NCBI GenBank assembly: GCA_976226885.1
Contig: OZ320315.1
Location: forward strand, 96,968,001-97,032,000
Direction: 5' to 3'
DNA length: 64,000 nucleotides
Origin: Iphione sp. A-MEVVRFRX5
Lineage: Eukaryota
Part shown: piece after piece, positions 37,130 to 50,450 of the stretch
How positions within the stretch are numbered: position 1 is the first letter of the stretch
Layout: each line of letters starts with the position of its first letter
Translations under genes and position numbers: made by a program
The notes under the pieces: generated by a model
Database searches by the model: none
What the model was told of the DNA's origin: nothing
Seen by the model: only the letters and a program-made list of their open reading frames with translations

Positions 37130-37761
37130 CGACTTTCGCAATGTCAGCTCCTCGAGGAAGTTGGCCCATGTGTCTGCTTTGGTCTGTACTGCCATCTTTC
37201 TCATTCCCTCATTCCAACTATCGACGTATCCTTGGCCTAGGTTTTTCAGCCATGGTTAAGTCTGTGGGAGAACAATTTTTTGGGGTCAGGTGTGCTGTAT
37301 GCCGTCGCTTTTTTACGTTTACCATACAGATGTCTTATTTTTATCGGTACGAACTTGGACATAGGTTTGTTTAGGGCTAGCTTTATTGTTGGTGCTTCTT
37401 TATGGCAGAACTTCTGTTCTATATTTTGTGAGCTTTGTATTAATGCTAGGATTTCTGTTATTGAGTTGGTCATTTTGCCTTTAACTTCGTCTATCAGTGA
37501 TGATAGTTCTGTTGAGCTTACCTCTAGGTTCACTGGGCATCTTTGTGTTCTTGGGCGATCGTTGTCTTGTGTTTGGTCGGTTGGTCCCTTTAGTTTGAAT
37601 TTCTTCGGTTTAGGTTCATTTCGTGCCTCCATCTCATCTGAATCGTTTTGGTCCTCATCTAGGGATAGATTCTGCAGTCCTCCATCGTAGTCAGGATTTT
37701 CTTCGTTAGCCAGGGTGCATAGCTGAGTGAGCATTTCCGAGGTTCTTCTCCTGGTGGCCAT
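37130..37761 (-). pseudogene. Uncharacterised LINE-associated ORF-X, copy 2 (3'-truncated)
   Basis: MATRRRTSEMLTQLC...YDGGLQNLSL; in a shifted frame LPQT*PWLKNL...SWNEGMRKMAVQTKADTWANFLEE. Confidence 0.7.
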
Positions 37762-38569
37762 GGTCTTTGTTCTGTGGAGAGAGATTTTTAGTACTGTGAT
37801 TAGTTACTAATTCGTTGAACTCTTGGTGACTGGTGTCTACGAAGCGTTGCCTGTGTTCTCTACATGCATGAGTGTTGGTCATTCTGCTGCGTACATGGAA
37901 AAGGTGTTTTGGCTATGGTCGTCATTGGTGTCGCTGGCTATTTATAGATTTTCTTGACCCAGTGTGCACATGTTTGTTATAAAGTTGTCGGTTGGATATA
38001 TCGGCGGAGGTGGTTCTCTGGGTGAGTAACCTGTTCTCGTATATTTTATCTTTTTACTGTAACGAACAATTTTCACATTTGCTGTCTTTTGTTTTTTTAA
38101 AGGGTGTTCCTTTTGGTTGGTTGGATATTATTCCTATGTTGTGTTGTAGACGGTCGTTTACGTATTTAAAATTCCGGTGTTCTTGCAGTTAATTGAATGT
38201 TGCGACAATGCCGCGTGGCTACTGTTGTTTACTGATTCGCAATAGACGGGTACGGTGACCGTGTTAGTTTTCGTGGGGGCTTTTTTTGTTTGGGTTGGCT
38301 GCGTACTCGGTTCGTGGGAGAGCGGAAGCGTTGGGGTATGTATAATCATTTGATGTGGTAAAGCTGCCTCTCTCTGTGGCTACCGAGTTGTCTGTATGCA
38401 GCCAGTGGTAGTGCCCCTTATGTGTTTGTTGTTGGTTGCCATGGGTCACCTTCCATAGGTCTCACTATACTGATTCGGGGTCCATGTTGGCATTTTTAGA
38501 TCACAGGTTCCTTCGGTTTCGACTATGTAGTCTCATCAGGCCATTTTTATTGGTAAATATATGTTTGTT

Positions 38570-41450
38570 TGTGTGCAATAAATCAGTGGTACCCTCCTAC
38601 TTTGAAGGGTGTCTGATTTTTTTTTTAAATGGGTCAACCTTATCAATTATATCACCATTGATTCGTAAATCTAAGTCAAAATCCCGCGCTTTTCCAAAAT
38701 TCATGTTCTTACACTTAGCTGTATTTAGGATTCGGCTGTTCATATTACACCAGGATTCTATATGCGAAAGTGAATACTGAGATTTCTTAGATGCAGCCCA
38801 GGCACTGGAGCCCCAGCTGCATATGGTAATATCGTCAGCATACATATAGATCGGACTCACTGAAGTAGCTGATGGTAGTTCATTAATTGCTAGTACAAAG
38901 AGCATTCATTGTTTGTATCGGGGATAGCACGTTATTAAATTTTACATGTTGCTTTCTTTTGTCAAGATAAGATTCCATCCACCTATGAATGGTGCCCTGG
39001 TAACCATAATTTTGCATCTTTCTCAACACAAGCTTATGATCGATCAAATCAAAAGCTTCACTCATGTCGAGAAAGCTGCACGTAACATACCTGCCTTGAT
39101 TGATCTCTGAATATATATCCTTCAGGAATACTGAACATGCTAACGCGGTACCTTTCCCTTCTACAAACCCATACTGCTCCTCTGAAATTATTCTTATTAT
39201 TTTCTTTAGCATATGCACACATTCGATCAACTACTATTTTTTCGATAATTTTCCCTGGTACAGGCAATATGCTGACGGGTCTATAATTATTCGGATCCAA
39301 TGAAGAACCCTTTTTAGGCAGGGGCGTCACTGTTGCCAGCTTCCCTCAGAGAATAGCATCCCTTAAGGATCTGTTAATTGAGTGAACCAAGGGAGTACAA
39401 TGGAGAGTGAATCTTTCAGAACTTTCATTGATATATGTTGCATACCGGTTGGTTTAGTTATTTTCTGCCGACGCACGAGCTTATGTACTTTTTTACATGA
39501 TACTACTTTGAACGGTTTCATTGCTTCATAATTAGCACCATCCACTAAGTCTGGGACAACCACATTTAATTTCGATGCTAATGTTTCCACTGTCTTAATA
39601 AAATTGCAATTAAGGACATCTGCAACATCACACTGATTTATATCAATCCCACTTACTTTGAGATCAATCTTTTCATTCCCCTTAGTTTTTCCCAGAATTA
39701 CAGAGTTCAATTGTCTCCAAAGCTTATTGGAATTGCCAATATTGTGCTCAATATTTCTCCTAACCAATGAACGCTTAATGCTTCTTACTTCTTTGTTTAA
39801 CAAATTGCGATAGAAATAATACATTCTCTTACAATCTGCTGACTTCGTATGATAGTACTTTCTCCTGTAATCATCTCTCTCCCTCTGTAATTCTATTGCC
39901 CGTGGACTCCCATTCATGTTTTGTTAATTTTTTCCGAAGAGTTAGTGGTGCAATTATAGCTACCGCTTGACCTAGCCTATCCTCAATCAATGTCCATTGT
40001 TCATCTACTGTTTTGTGTCCCAAGTCCCAGTTATATTTGTGTAATTCATCCTCCAGTGCTATGTAGGAGTAGTAACGGTAGGTTCTACCCCGTGACTGTG
40101 TCTGCGTCGGTTTTATCCTTGTGTTTAAAGTCAACCATTAGTGGGAGATGGTCACTGCCCCCATATTTTAGTACTATTTCCCTTTTGGCAGTTGGATCGT
40201 TAGTGAGGATATGATCAATACAGCCCATCTTATCATGTGTTGGCGTACTGATTAACTGTCTCAATCCCAGGCCATTGGCCATGACTTATACATCTGTAAG
40301 TCCCGAGATTTTTTAAGCCAATTCACGTTTATATCTCCCAATATGTTGATTGTGGGACTCCCTTGCTTCCTTAGTGATTCAATGGCTTCCTCTAACCTGT
40401 TTAATAGATGCTGTAGGCTCGTTGATGGTCTTCGATACACAATAAATGTATACCGTGGCCGTCGCATGCCCAGTTTAATACGACAGCAGATTACATCTGA
40501 AGTATTATCTGACCACGAGTAGTTTGGCAAAAAAGTCCAAAAGAGAATTATTACTTATATAAACTCCTACCCCTCCCCCAATTTTTTCGCCAGTCGCTAC
40601 TCTATCCATGTCAACTCTATGGAGTGAGTACCCTTCTATTGCCACTAGTCCAGTTGGTATGAACTTGCTTGGATGTTAGTAGTAGTCTCACCTGATCTAC
40701 CTTTCCTAGTAGACTCCGTACGTTCCAAACACCGAAACGTAGAATTGTCAAAGTTGTAATCGAACCAATTACGCTAGAGAGATCTTAAGGCATTACCTTA
40801 ACTAATACCTTGTCCTTCAATGTAGTAATGTTCCCTCAACATTACTGCTGCTGCTGTCTGGAAGCGTTGTCCCCAGATTGCATCAGTCTCTCCTGTAGGG
40901 TGACAGCCGTCCCTCAGAAGCGAGTACCTCAACTTCAACCTGGCATCTGATATTCTGTGAACAGGCCCATCAGTTCCTGGTGTGAAAACTGAATGTTTTT
41001 GATTAAAGTTTCTGTAAACCATGTTCATGTTATATACGCACCTGTTCACGTATCTCTGGAATAAATCTGTCCCTGTGGTGGGACTATATTCACTCACATT
41101 AATACCCGTGATCGGTGCAAACCCGATAAGTGTCTTTTCAAGAGTAGATATAAATCGATGTTCTAGCATTGACATAAATGCTTGTAGCCATAAGGTAAAA
41201 ACTACAGGATCATCATGATGAGGAAATATCTCCCCTGTCGATCGCAATCTAGTAGTTATATTTGTTATACCCACAAAAATATATAGACTAACGAAAACTT
41301 TGATATTGGCAGGTACCCAGGCATTTCCACCACATCTTCTAGCAATCTTCCAGGGTGAAAATCAATCTCCAAATGAAATACTTGCATGTTATACCAGTCG
41401 TAGTCACTTTGACCCATCAAATCTCTACCACGTGAGTCAGATATCACCAA
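38570..41450 (-). mobile_element. LINE: SGNH ORF (40798-41450), APE (40085-40530), linker, RT (38597-39330)
   Basis: VISDSRG...RDGCHP; YRRP, LGDINVNW, CIDHIL, SDH; NYRPVSILP, FLDMSEAFD, YADD. Confidence 0.9.
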
Positions 41451-41861
41451 GATCCATTTTTAAACTAGGATTAGTGAGACATTCTATTAATGTACGATTT
41501 AATATGCCGGTGATCTAATTGTTAATTAGTATAATGGTTTAGATTATATTTTGGGAAAAACTGTCCCAATGTCAATACCAAGATCTCGCGATAGTTCGTT
41601 ACTCACCACCTGACATTCTGAACGAAGGAAATGATAACAATCAAGTCAATTACAAAACTATTCATGCCCATGCCCAAACTGAACTAGGCCTTTCATTTCA
41701 AGATCTACAACTACATCAAATATGCAAGCAGAAATTTTTGCAAAGGAAATTTCATGGTGCCTACTGGGAATACATTAGGTGCTAAACTTGTATCACAACA
41801 TTTTACAACACAGCCAATCACTGAAAGTAATACTCACTCTTGAAGAGCACTTGTGTGGTCG

Positions 41862-42380
41862 CTAACAGGGAATGGTACACAGCAATGGAGTCCATTCCCT
41901 CGTTGTTTGCTGCACTCGCGGTTTGAGTATCGCTGTCCCCTCCTGCAGACTGGCCTCCATTGTTCCCCTTCCCTTCCCTTTGGCTGATGCGACAGTGGAC
42001 TGCAACGGTTGTTCAGAGGCCAGTGTCATTTGCAGCATGGATTTGGCTAACCTTTCTGCTGGATCCTGAGAGGAAATGGCACATGCTCTGTCAAACCTTT
42101 CTAGTAACATGTGGTCATCATTCTGGCAAGCACTTGTAACGCAGTGGATATCAGCACACTATCAAAGGATTACACGTTTGGAAAGTCATTCTTGCAAACA
42201 CCATATTACAGGTTGGTTACTTACCTGTCCACGGAAGGGAAGACATCTGATCAGAAGTGAAGATGGCATCAGCAGAGGCGGTAGCTGCACAGCCCAGTTG
42301 CTGGCATGTAAGATGTTGGTTGAAATACGTTTCTGGATCCAACTCTTTACCTGCTGGTTTTAACTGCTGGTTTGATTGAA
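41862..42380 (-). other. Two-exon fragment of an unidentified spliced gene
   Basis: Donor GGACAG|GTAAGT (~42225) and acceptor TTGCCAG|AAT (~42128) join in phase 0: ...LIRCLPFRGQ|NDDHMLLERFDRACAISSQDPAERLAKSMLQ. Family not recognised. Confidence 0.35.
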
Positions 42381-42389
42381 TAGTCTTAT

Positions 42390-44010
42390 GCAGGGGACTA
42401 TGACTGCATTTTTCCACTCCCTTTGCACGACCCTATCATTAAGGGAGCAGTTCAACATGTGGCTCCTGTGCCCAAGCAGGAGCAACAGCCTGAAAAAGCG
42501 TGGGGGGAGATAAAATAACGTGTACATGCCAATGTCTTGGTGGATGGAGGGGGATTGACTCCCGATAATGGAGGCTAAGATATAGGACTCCCTGTACTGG
42601 GGACAGAGCGATGCCCCAGTACAAGCGATGTCTCGGGGATGTGAAAGTCTAGGGAAGGTCTCTTGGGTCCTGTTCTATGAAGTGACATTAAGAATATAAT
42701 AATGGATCACTGATAACGTCCAGCCCGCACAGCCTTGCATTGAGCTTTAAATAGTAAACCCTCTCATGGTACATGGTTCACAGCCACGGTCTCATCGCAG
42801 TTATATTCAAATGTGATTCCTCAGTACTGAGCTGCCCTCTATTGGATAGATAAGAACACCAAAGGGATTATTTTCTTAGCAGCACCTATTGAGTATAACT
42901 TCCTCAATATTATGTCGTGGTTCACTGCGTCAAATGGTCTTCTCCAATTGGCTGAATTCTACTTCACCTGCTTAACCTTTCCGAGGAGGTCATCCCCGAA
43001 AAGGAAAGCCTGGTGTGCAGACCCAGCTGCACTAAGGCATCCACCAGAGCGTCCTGAGCGGTCCTGGCCAAAGTACAAGTAGAGAAAAAAATGAGAACAC
43101 ATTTTGTAGCAAATAATCCTTTACAGTATTCTTGAATTGCTCTTTACTGGCCAATACAAAGTCAAGCTTCATCTTATTCCATTGATTCAAGGCGAAATAC
43201 AAAGGTTCATAGTGGTATCCCGAGTAAGTAGGTCTAATAGTTTTGATACTCGGTCTTCTTAATGCACTCCTTTCTTTAACTCTCTGATATTGCAATTCAA
43301 TTATATCATAACGTATACATTTTGAAAAGTACCTGCCTCTTGATTCAATTTGCTGTTCCTTTAGGATTTTACTGATATTCCTTGTGTACCCCCATGTGAT
43401 CCTGACTGCTTTGGTCAATTGCCTTTTCAGTTTTTGAAATAAAGGGTCTAAATAGCAATGAATCAACCCTATTCCAGTGTGTAGATTCGGAATATGAAAT
43501 GCTTTCAACACGTGTGCTGTAACTGCTGTATTACTTTGCTGCTTAATATTTCTGAGAAGATTCAGTAAGCTGTACGACTTTATAAAATTTCCTTGATAGT
43601 TCCAGCTTCATATTCAAGTGTTTATCCAATATGATGACTAGATATTTACAATAACTCTCCATCTACGGGAGGTGATGAGCACCCATGTCGATGTTGATGA
43701 CAGAGCTACTATATTTGCTGCGGTTTTTTGTAGGTAGCAGTAAGCTCTGTTTCGGCGTAGTTTACCTTGATACCGTTTGGACAGCTCCACGAATTAAGTA
43801 CGGCTAGTTCCGAATTTAATATATCAGCTATCTCTTCAGGACTTTTTCCTGTACATAAGATCACTGTCATCAGCATACATTATACATGTTGATTTTGTGA
43901 AACATTTTGTACTATCATTGATAAATAGTGTGAACAGGATCGGACCAAGGATACTTCCTTGTGGTACTCCCAGAGTGAAGGGCGTCGGTTCTGAGTAGTG
44001 ACCAGAGACC
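42390..44010 (-). pseudogene. LINE RT fragments (domain 1, domain 3, and domains 4-7 with C-terminus)
   Basis: LNCSLNDRVVQREWKNAVIVP; AFDAVNHDIILRKL; GVPQGSILGPILFTLFIND, YADD; C-terminal ORF 43032-43511. Confidence 0.8.
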
Positions 44011-44269
44011 TATCTTCTTATTGACCGGTTCAGTTCAAGTTATACATGTATTTAAATTAAATAGAACTGAAGTTTTTTTCAAGAATCTTCAGAGATACAG
44101 GGAATTTCAAGGATTCAAGGTTTTTTATTCAACTCTCTATAGTAGTAAGGCAGAGGAGAGAAAAAAAAGGAAAAAGCATTGTCATATTTGAAAGTATAAA
44201 CGCAAAATTGTAGAATAGAAAATCACTCAAAGTTAACATTCTATCACAGTCAAGGCAATCCATGGTGAT

Positions 44270-45700
44270 TGTAGCTGCTTCAGTTTGATTGGCCCACTGA
44301 ACGCAACAGTTGCGATGTTGTCTTGCTCCAAGTGGTGTACTCGTCCGACAAATCAAATATTTTTCCTTGAATCGCTCTCTACATTTTCCATGGATATCTT
44401 TTCAGCTTTCTCTCTGATACCAGGTGCATTTGTAGTGAGAGCAGTTTTGCTTCAACATGCAGAAGTTCAATAAGTGTATAAATATTGAGGTGGCCTGAAA
44501 AGAAATAGATAAAACGAAGCTTGGTTAAATTGAAATCAACCAAAATGTGAATGTTTTCAGCTGTACCGTTGGGATATCAGTGTATCAGTTATAGTCCTTA
44601 ATCTGAACAGCTTAAGCTTTACATCAAGGCAAAACTGTAGGCAGTTAACCATTGTCCATTATTAAAACAGATGTAAAAAAAAAATACATACCTCAGGAAT
44701 ATGGCCACTCTCTCTTTTGGACAGATGATTCAATTGTTTTGTGTCAGCCTCTGGAGAACAAGTTCGTGGAGCTGGGGAATGGTCAGATGAAAATTCCCTC
44801 TGAAGGCTCCATTTCTATGGAAAAAAATCCTGTATCAGTGTGTGGAATGCCCCTAAGATGTTCTGGTTCTTGATTATGGGGTCCTGCCAGAACTGATGCT
44901 CCCTTTGTTTCTGAGCACTTTCTTCCACGGCCTCCCTGACAGCAGGGCTGTAGAAATAATTGTATGCCTGCCCAAAAGCCTGGAAGATGACTGTTGTCAA
45001 AACCATCTCCTCGGGAGTAAACATCTCGGCAAATTGGTGTTTCGGATAATCGGATAATTGGACAAAAAAAATGTTGGAACTCAAACAAATTCTTCTGTGC
45101 AAGTGGTGGTTGGCTCTCAAAATTTGGGGGATGTGTAAACATCCGTTACTAGGGACTATGTCACTTCCCCCGGGCTTCCCTGAGTACGCATGCACATTGC
45201 TGCATGTATGGAACACCCCTGTGCGATGGTATGTGGTGGTGAGTGGAGGAAAAGGTGTGAAAATCAATTAACACCCTGACCATGCGTTTCCCGCACTGAA
45301 ACGCACACACATACCAATGCATACCACCACATGTATGGAAACTGGGCCTAATTGAGCCTTATGACCATTGTTAAGTATCAGTGATGTATGTTATTGGTTA
45401 TTGTACATACCATTGCCTGCCTCGCTGTTGACATGACGATGCCAACCCTCAACATCATTGTATGTCCAGATTGAGCACATATTGCTCCTGGAGCTTAGGG
45501 ACTAGGTGCTACTGGTGATCCAGGTCAGTTTTAGGTACTGCGCCAGTTGCTTTCTCTGCTAGCTTATTGAACATGGGTTCAATGTACTCATTAGCCGCTT
45601 TATGGATTTGTGGGGTTCTCTGCACCCCAGATAGGATGACTGAAACACAAGAAGGGATTATTTCAGGATTTTTAAACCTTTATATACAGATAATTTGGTT
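44270..45700 (-). mobile_element. MULE (Mutator-like) transposase 3' exons with intron
   Basis: Acceptor at 45640; exon 45639-45411 ...TWITSS...NDVEGWHRHVNSEAGNG|gt; acceptor at 44495; exon G-HLNIYTLIELLHVEAKLL...RAIQGKIFDL. Intron phases are compatible. Confidence 0.75.
44692..45350 (-). mobile_element. PIF/Harbinger transposon 5' fragment nested in the MULE intron
   Basis: Putative terminus TTA-GGGCCCAGTTTCCATACATG (~45330-45352); exon 45024-44692 ...FWQDPIIKNQNILGAFHTLIQDF...ICPKERVAIFLR|gtatg resembles the Harbinger transposase N-terminus. Confidence 0.65.
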
Positions 45701-46429
45701 AGATAAGTTATTGAGCTTATTCATAAGTCGGAGAGCTCCATTCATAAGTCGGAGAGCTCCAGCTTCACTCCAGCTGCCATGTCCAGAACAAACTGTTTCG
45801 CAGTCACCGATGTCCAGCATTCCGCTCTGGCCGCAACACCCCCGCCTTGAATGGGCCTGGATTTACCTGAAATGGAGGATCAGAGGGGGTCGGGGCAACA
45901 GCAACCGTAACGGCAGCAGTGGTAGTATCACCAACAGAGGAAGTGGGACTCACGTCTACTTTCGCTTGTGGTGGCTTTTCTTGTGGGGGGTTAGGCTCCT
46001 TGGCCTGCCAGCGCTGTCCGTTTTTTGACATCTGCCATGGTTCTTGTGGTAATGGTCGCTGCTGCTGTGACCCCCGCAGCTGTAGCTGCTGCTGTGGTTG
46101 CTATTGTGGCCATCCCCATGTCCACTGCTGTAACTGCATGAGTGGCCTGGATGGACTGGGGTCAAGTGCCTCTGTTATGTCGGTGCCGACCGGTGGGCCG
46201 GCTTCTTGGCAGTCAGGGCAACTTCCAGCTTGTGGGCTTCAGTGCACTCTTTCATGCGGTCTGGGATGTTCTCCCCCAGCAGCAGCTTATTCAGTAATAA
46301 CTTGTGGTTTACTAAATCGAAGGCCTTTGGCATATCTAAAAATGAACATTAACATATCTTACCATATAAATATGATCTAATATTTTCTTTAATAAAACAC
46401 CACTAGTGACCTGTGTACCCCTCTCCAAC

Positions 46430-49180
46430 TAAAAACCAAATTGGCGCTCATGTAAAAGTCCTACTTTCAACATAACTAATAAGATTTTTCTCTACAATTT
46501 TCCCCGGAACTAGCAACAGGGAGAGAGGCCTGTAATTCTTCTTATACAAACGACTCCCTTTCTTCAATAGCGGAATAATAGTGGCGTTCTTCCAGCCATC
46601 CGGAAAGACTCCTTCCCTCAATCACTGGTTGCACTAGATCTGTGAAGAAATGAACAGTGAGCATCAGAGCATCCTTTATTACCTTTCCACTAACATTTAG
46701 TACACCACTTGGCTTCGAGTCCTTTTGTTGTTTGATCAATCTCACAATTTCTTCCACCCCAACCTCATTAAACTCAAGATATTTCCTCATTTGTTTCAAT
46801 GCTACTCCTATCAAGCACTACTGTTGTTCCCATGCTAATCTCGGCCACACTACTCACAAACCATTTGTTCATCCGATCACACATCTTTTCCATCATAAAT
46901 GACATCATCCATTCTCAATCTTATCTCTTTCATTCCCAGAACTTATTAAACACCTGCCATACTCGCCTTTCATCTCCCAACGCCTTGTCTAACTGTGCCC
47001 GCAAGTAATTTTTCCTTTCCCTTATTACAGCCCTATTAAAGAGATTCCTATGATAAGCAGCTATCCTATGATAATCCACTATCTTTGTATGTTGCCATTC
47101 TTTTAGGGAATAATCCCTTTCACGTCTCAGATTTACCACATCCACTGACATATACAAAACACTTTCCATTCTCCTCTCTCGTTGTTATGGGGGCTACTAT
47201 AAAAAAGATCTCTTTAACCTGATTCAGCCAAAATTCCCATCTGTTAAATTCATCCGCATTTTCAGGGGTGGTCCAATCCCTCTTCCTTATCTCTTCGTCT
47301 AATTTGGCAAACGAATACCCTCTATAACTTCTCTTATTACCCTTCCTCTCTTAGCAACTTTTCCTTTCCTATATTCAACATATACTCACCAATGGTCACT
47401 ATTTCCTGTTACTATTACCCCACTACTCGAATAATAAGTCGATATATTAGGATATATCCAAACAGTGATACCTCCCCGCCAACAGTTGCAATGAGAGGCA
47501 TACCAAGCAGCGGCTGCAGCTGAATAGAGAAAAAGAAGTATTGCCAGCAAACTACTGCATTACTAATTCATTTTGAACAGCTTCCAGAACTTTTTCCGCT
47601 AGATTTAGCCCCAACCAACTACCTTGCTGTATCTTTTTGTCCAACAAGACACAGCCAGCTCCTTAGATATAGTCTTGACTCGCCTCAATCGGTTTAATTT
47701 TACCTGTACTAAGGAGTTTGCGATTAAAGTCAGCAATGGCATGTAATTCCGCTACAATTCCTTCCTGCATCGATTTCCAATCATATGATTTCCGTATTTG
47801 GTATGTCAACTTCACCTTTCTGCTCTCAGGTTAAAACTGAATTTTCTCGCGAATGTCAACCGATCTGCACATGTCCCCGCCCAGCGTGATCGCTACTGGA
47901 GCCTCATTGAATAAAATGCAGTGCGGACCACTAAAAGTTGCGTTTCTGACTTGTCTCCTCACTGTGTCACCAAGTGAGACCCCCGTAGGCAGGTTACTGA
48001 GGTCAGAACCATCGTACAAATAACCCTCAATGCGAATCGTTGTTCCCTTGCCACATGACGCCATGCCCTTACGCTTCGTGAGTTTGCTAATTGCTCGCAA
48101 TTCTTTGTTGACCACTGTGGCCTCTTCTGGTAAATCCTCACAGAAGAAAATCAAACTACCTCCGAATAACTACCTTTTTCACCCTGAAGTTCGTTGTTTT
48201 TTTCTCTCGAGTTTGTCTGGCATGTTCTTCATAGCTTTGATAATTTACAACAGTATCTTTTAACTCCGCATTTTCAATCTCAAGTGCTGCTATTCGCTCT
48301 GCTTGATTTTGGAGTGAGTTATATCCCTGATTTGTTTAGTATTTGTTTGAAGTTGGGAGTTAATTTTCTTAGTTCAAAGTGTCAGTTAAGCCTTTCAGTA
48401 CAAAATTATCTTCCGTCTTCAGTTCGAGAAACATACCATGAACTAACATGGACGAGCATTTAACCTCATTTAGGATTCTGATAACTTCTTTTCTAATAAT
48501 ATCACTGTTAGTATTCGCCATCCTGTAGGTGGACATTCTTTAGTCGTCTTGACCATCAATAATGGGACTAATGTCTTTCCTCTTTAGCGTCTGGACAGGG
48601 GGTGCAACAACTGGGGTTCCTAACGATTTTTTGCTATCTGCTATATTTTGCTTAGAGCCACTGTTCGAATTAAGATTTACCGCCTGAGTGCTAGAGACTA
48701 AGGTGAGATTTAGTGGTCTGTCTATATCAGCGAAGTCCTTGCTATGTTTTGTGTCATTTGTAATAGCGGTGGGGGCCAAATCTAGAGGCACTTCGTCTGC
48801 ATTAGTGTGTGCCGAGCTAACCGACACGACCTGGAATAAGGCAGGTCGGCATCAGTGTCAAAATTGTCCCAAATGGGAATGCCAATTGAAGACATAATGA
48901 AAAAGGGTATGTGGTCTCATGCTGATACCTTCAAGAGGTTTTACTTGAGAGAAGTTTCTTAGGTGAGTTTTTTGTGAACATATGTTTTGATCCTTCCTTT
49001 GAGACTTTTTAGCTTTGAAGTCTCATTGGAGCCCTCTAGTGTCACTCACAGTGTGTTGCTGTCTCTCAAATCAATGAAACAATGTACAATACCTTAGCAA
49101 TAGTGGTCATGGAGTACATAATCGGCCAAACATTCTCTCCCGAACGCCGAACGCGTCTTATCTCCGCGATGCCATACTTG
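46430..49180 (-). mobile_element. LINE, NADAR-ORF1 type, internally deleted; RT truncated at domain 2
   Basis: 5' motif 49135-49180; KRKDISP; coiled coil SLQNQAERIAALEIENAELK; IFFCEDL; NADAR at 47552-47945: TFSGPHCILFN...KLLSTGKIKPIEASQDYI*GAG...GSWLGLNLAEKVL; APE GNSDH; RT RPLSLL.VPGKIVEK. Confidence 0.85.
49135..49180 (-). promoter_or_regulatory. Putative LINE 5' internal promoter motif
   Basis: Minus strand CAAGTATGGCATCGCGGAGATAAGACGCGTTCGG...GGGAGAG. Confidence 0.5.
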
Positions 49181-49182
49181 CT

Positions 49183-49430
49183 GTGTTCATTATGCAAGAA
49201 TGGGAGAGCCATCAGCACCCTCATGAATTAGTGGGGTTCGTTGTGCTCCAGATAGGCTGACTGAAACACAGGAAGAGATTATTTCAGGATTAAACAAGTT
49301 AACAAGTGCTTAGATAAACACCATTGTAACTGTATGAAGATAACAGCTTTTATTTTGACTTTGAAAACGTTTATTGAGCACAATTTATCACATGCACTAT
49401 GTGAATTTTCAAAATAGCACTCAGCCCTAA
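49183..49430 (-). mobile_element. MULE fragment (intron plus exon SAYLEHNEPH*FMRVLMALPFL)
   Basis: Intron sequence shared with 63340-63420 and 45640-45670; acceptor TGTGTTTCAG at 49261; LMALPFL motif. Confidence 0.7.
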
Positions 49431-49573
49431 TCTTTTCTTGGCTGACTTTTTACAATACTAAGGCGGTATTCGGTTTTTGGACATCAGATGTAGGCACAAC
49501 GTATATACAATTGACATGTAATAACGGATACAGTATTAATGATACATGGACCTGCAATTGATAAGTGTACTAT

Positions 49574-50450
49574 CTATACAGCAAATTTTGACAGAGTTTT
49601 AGAGAGATCCGCTGAAACAATGCTCCTTAGGAATGGGTCCAATGAGTTCCAACTCTGTATACCATTATAGTGCACAGACTTTTTTACCAATTCTAGACGA
49701 GGTTTAGGTACATAGAGTAGGTCACCATCATGTTGTCTGGTGTTGCCTCTTTGTTGGTGAAGAGGAAGCAGTTTGTGTAGATACATATTATGAATGATGT
49801 TTACAGTGAACCATTTACATCTGTGGAATGTGTCTTTCAAGTCATATAATATATGGAGATCAGTACTTGATGGCACTTTCTGGTTACACTAATGCATGGT
49901 TCTGCAGTTTCTGCAGTTTATCTAGGTTAGACTTTTTGCAGCAGCCTAGCATTGCTGTTGAGTAAACTTGTGGCCTAATGAATGCTTTGTATAACTTTAA
50001 CATATCTTGTGAGCTGAGATAATTTCTTATTCTATACATCATTTTTGTTTTTTGAGTTACTGTTTTGGCTACCTTCTCAGCTTGCAGATCAAATTTCATA
50101 TTGTGCTCAAAGATCACTCCTAGGTATGTGTAATGATTGACATATTCAATTTTCTGATTTCCTATGTAAACATTGGCATCTGCCTGCTCTTGTTTAGGAC
50201 AGAAAGAGAGGATTGTTTTTTCGGTGTTCATAGTTAGCCTGTTAATGGTACACAATGCAACCATACTATCTAGTGCACTTTGAGTTTTTGAGAGTAACCC
50301 TTGACTATCCTCACTTTTGACCAGAATAAGAGTGTCATCTGCAAATAGAGTTACAGCATCGTCCAATGAATTTGGAAGGTTATTAATGTACAATGAAAAT
50401 AAGAGGACCTAGAGTTGATCCTTGAGGTACTCCTATGGAGACATGCCTTG
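49574..50450 (-). pseudogene. LINE RT 3' half and C-terminus
   Basis: GVPQGSTLG, LFADD, YTYLGVIF, YKAFIRP. Confidence 0.88.

Noticed and set aside
42960-43025. LFGDDL segment reminiscent of DIRS-type gag
   Set aside because: Only ~20 codons with no other DIRS features nearby.
45804-46380. Overlapping low-complexity ORFs (His/Ser-, Gln/Pro- and Cys-rich)
   Set aside because: Open frames on both strands reflect CAG/CAC-rich composition; no domain recognised.
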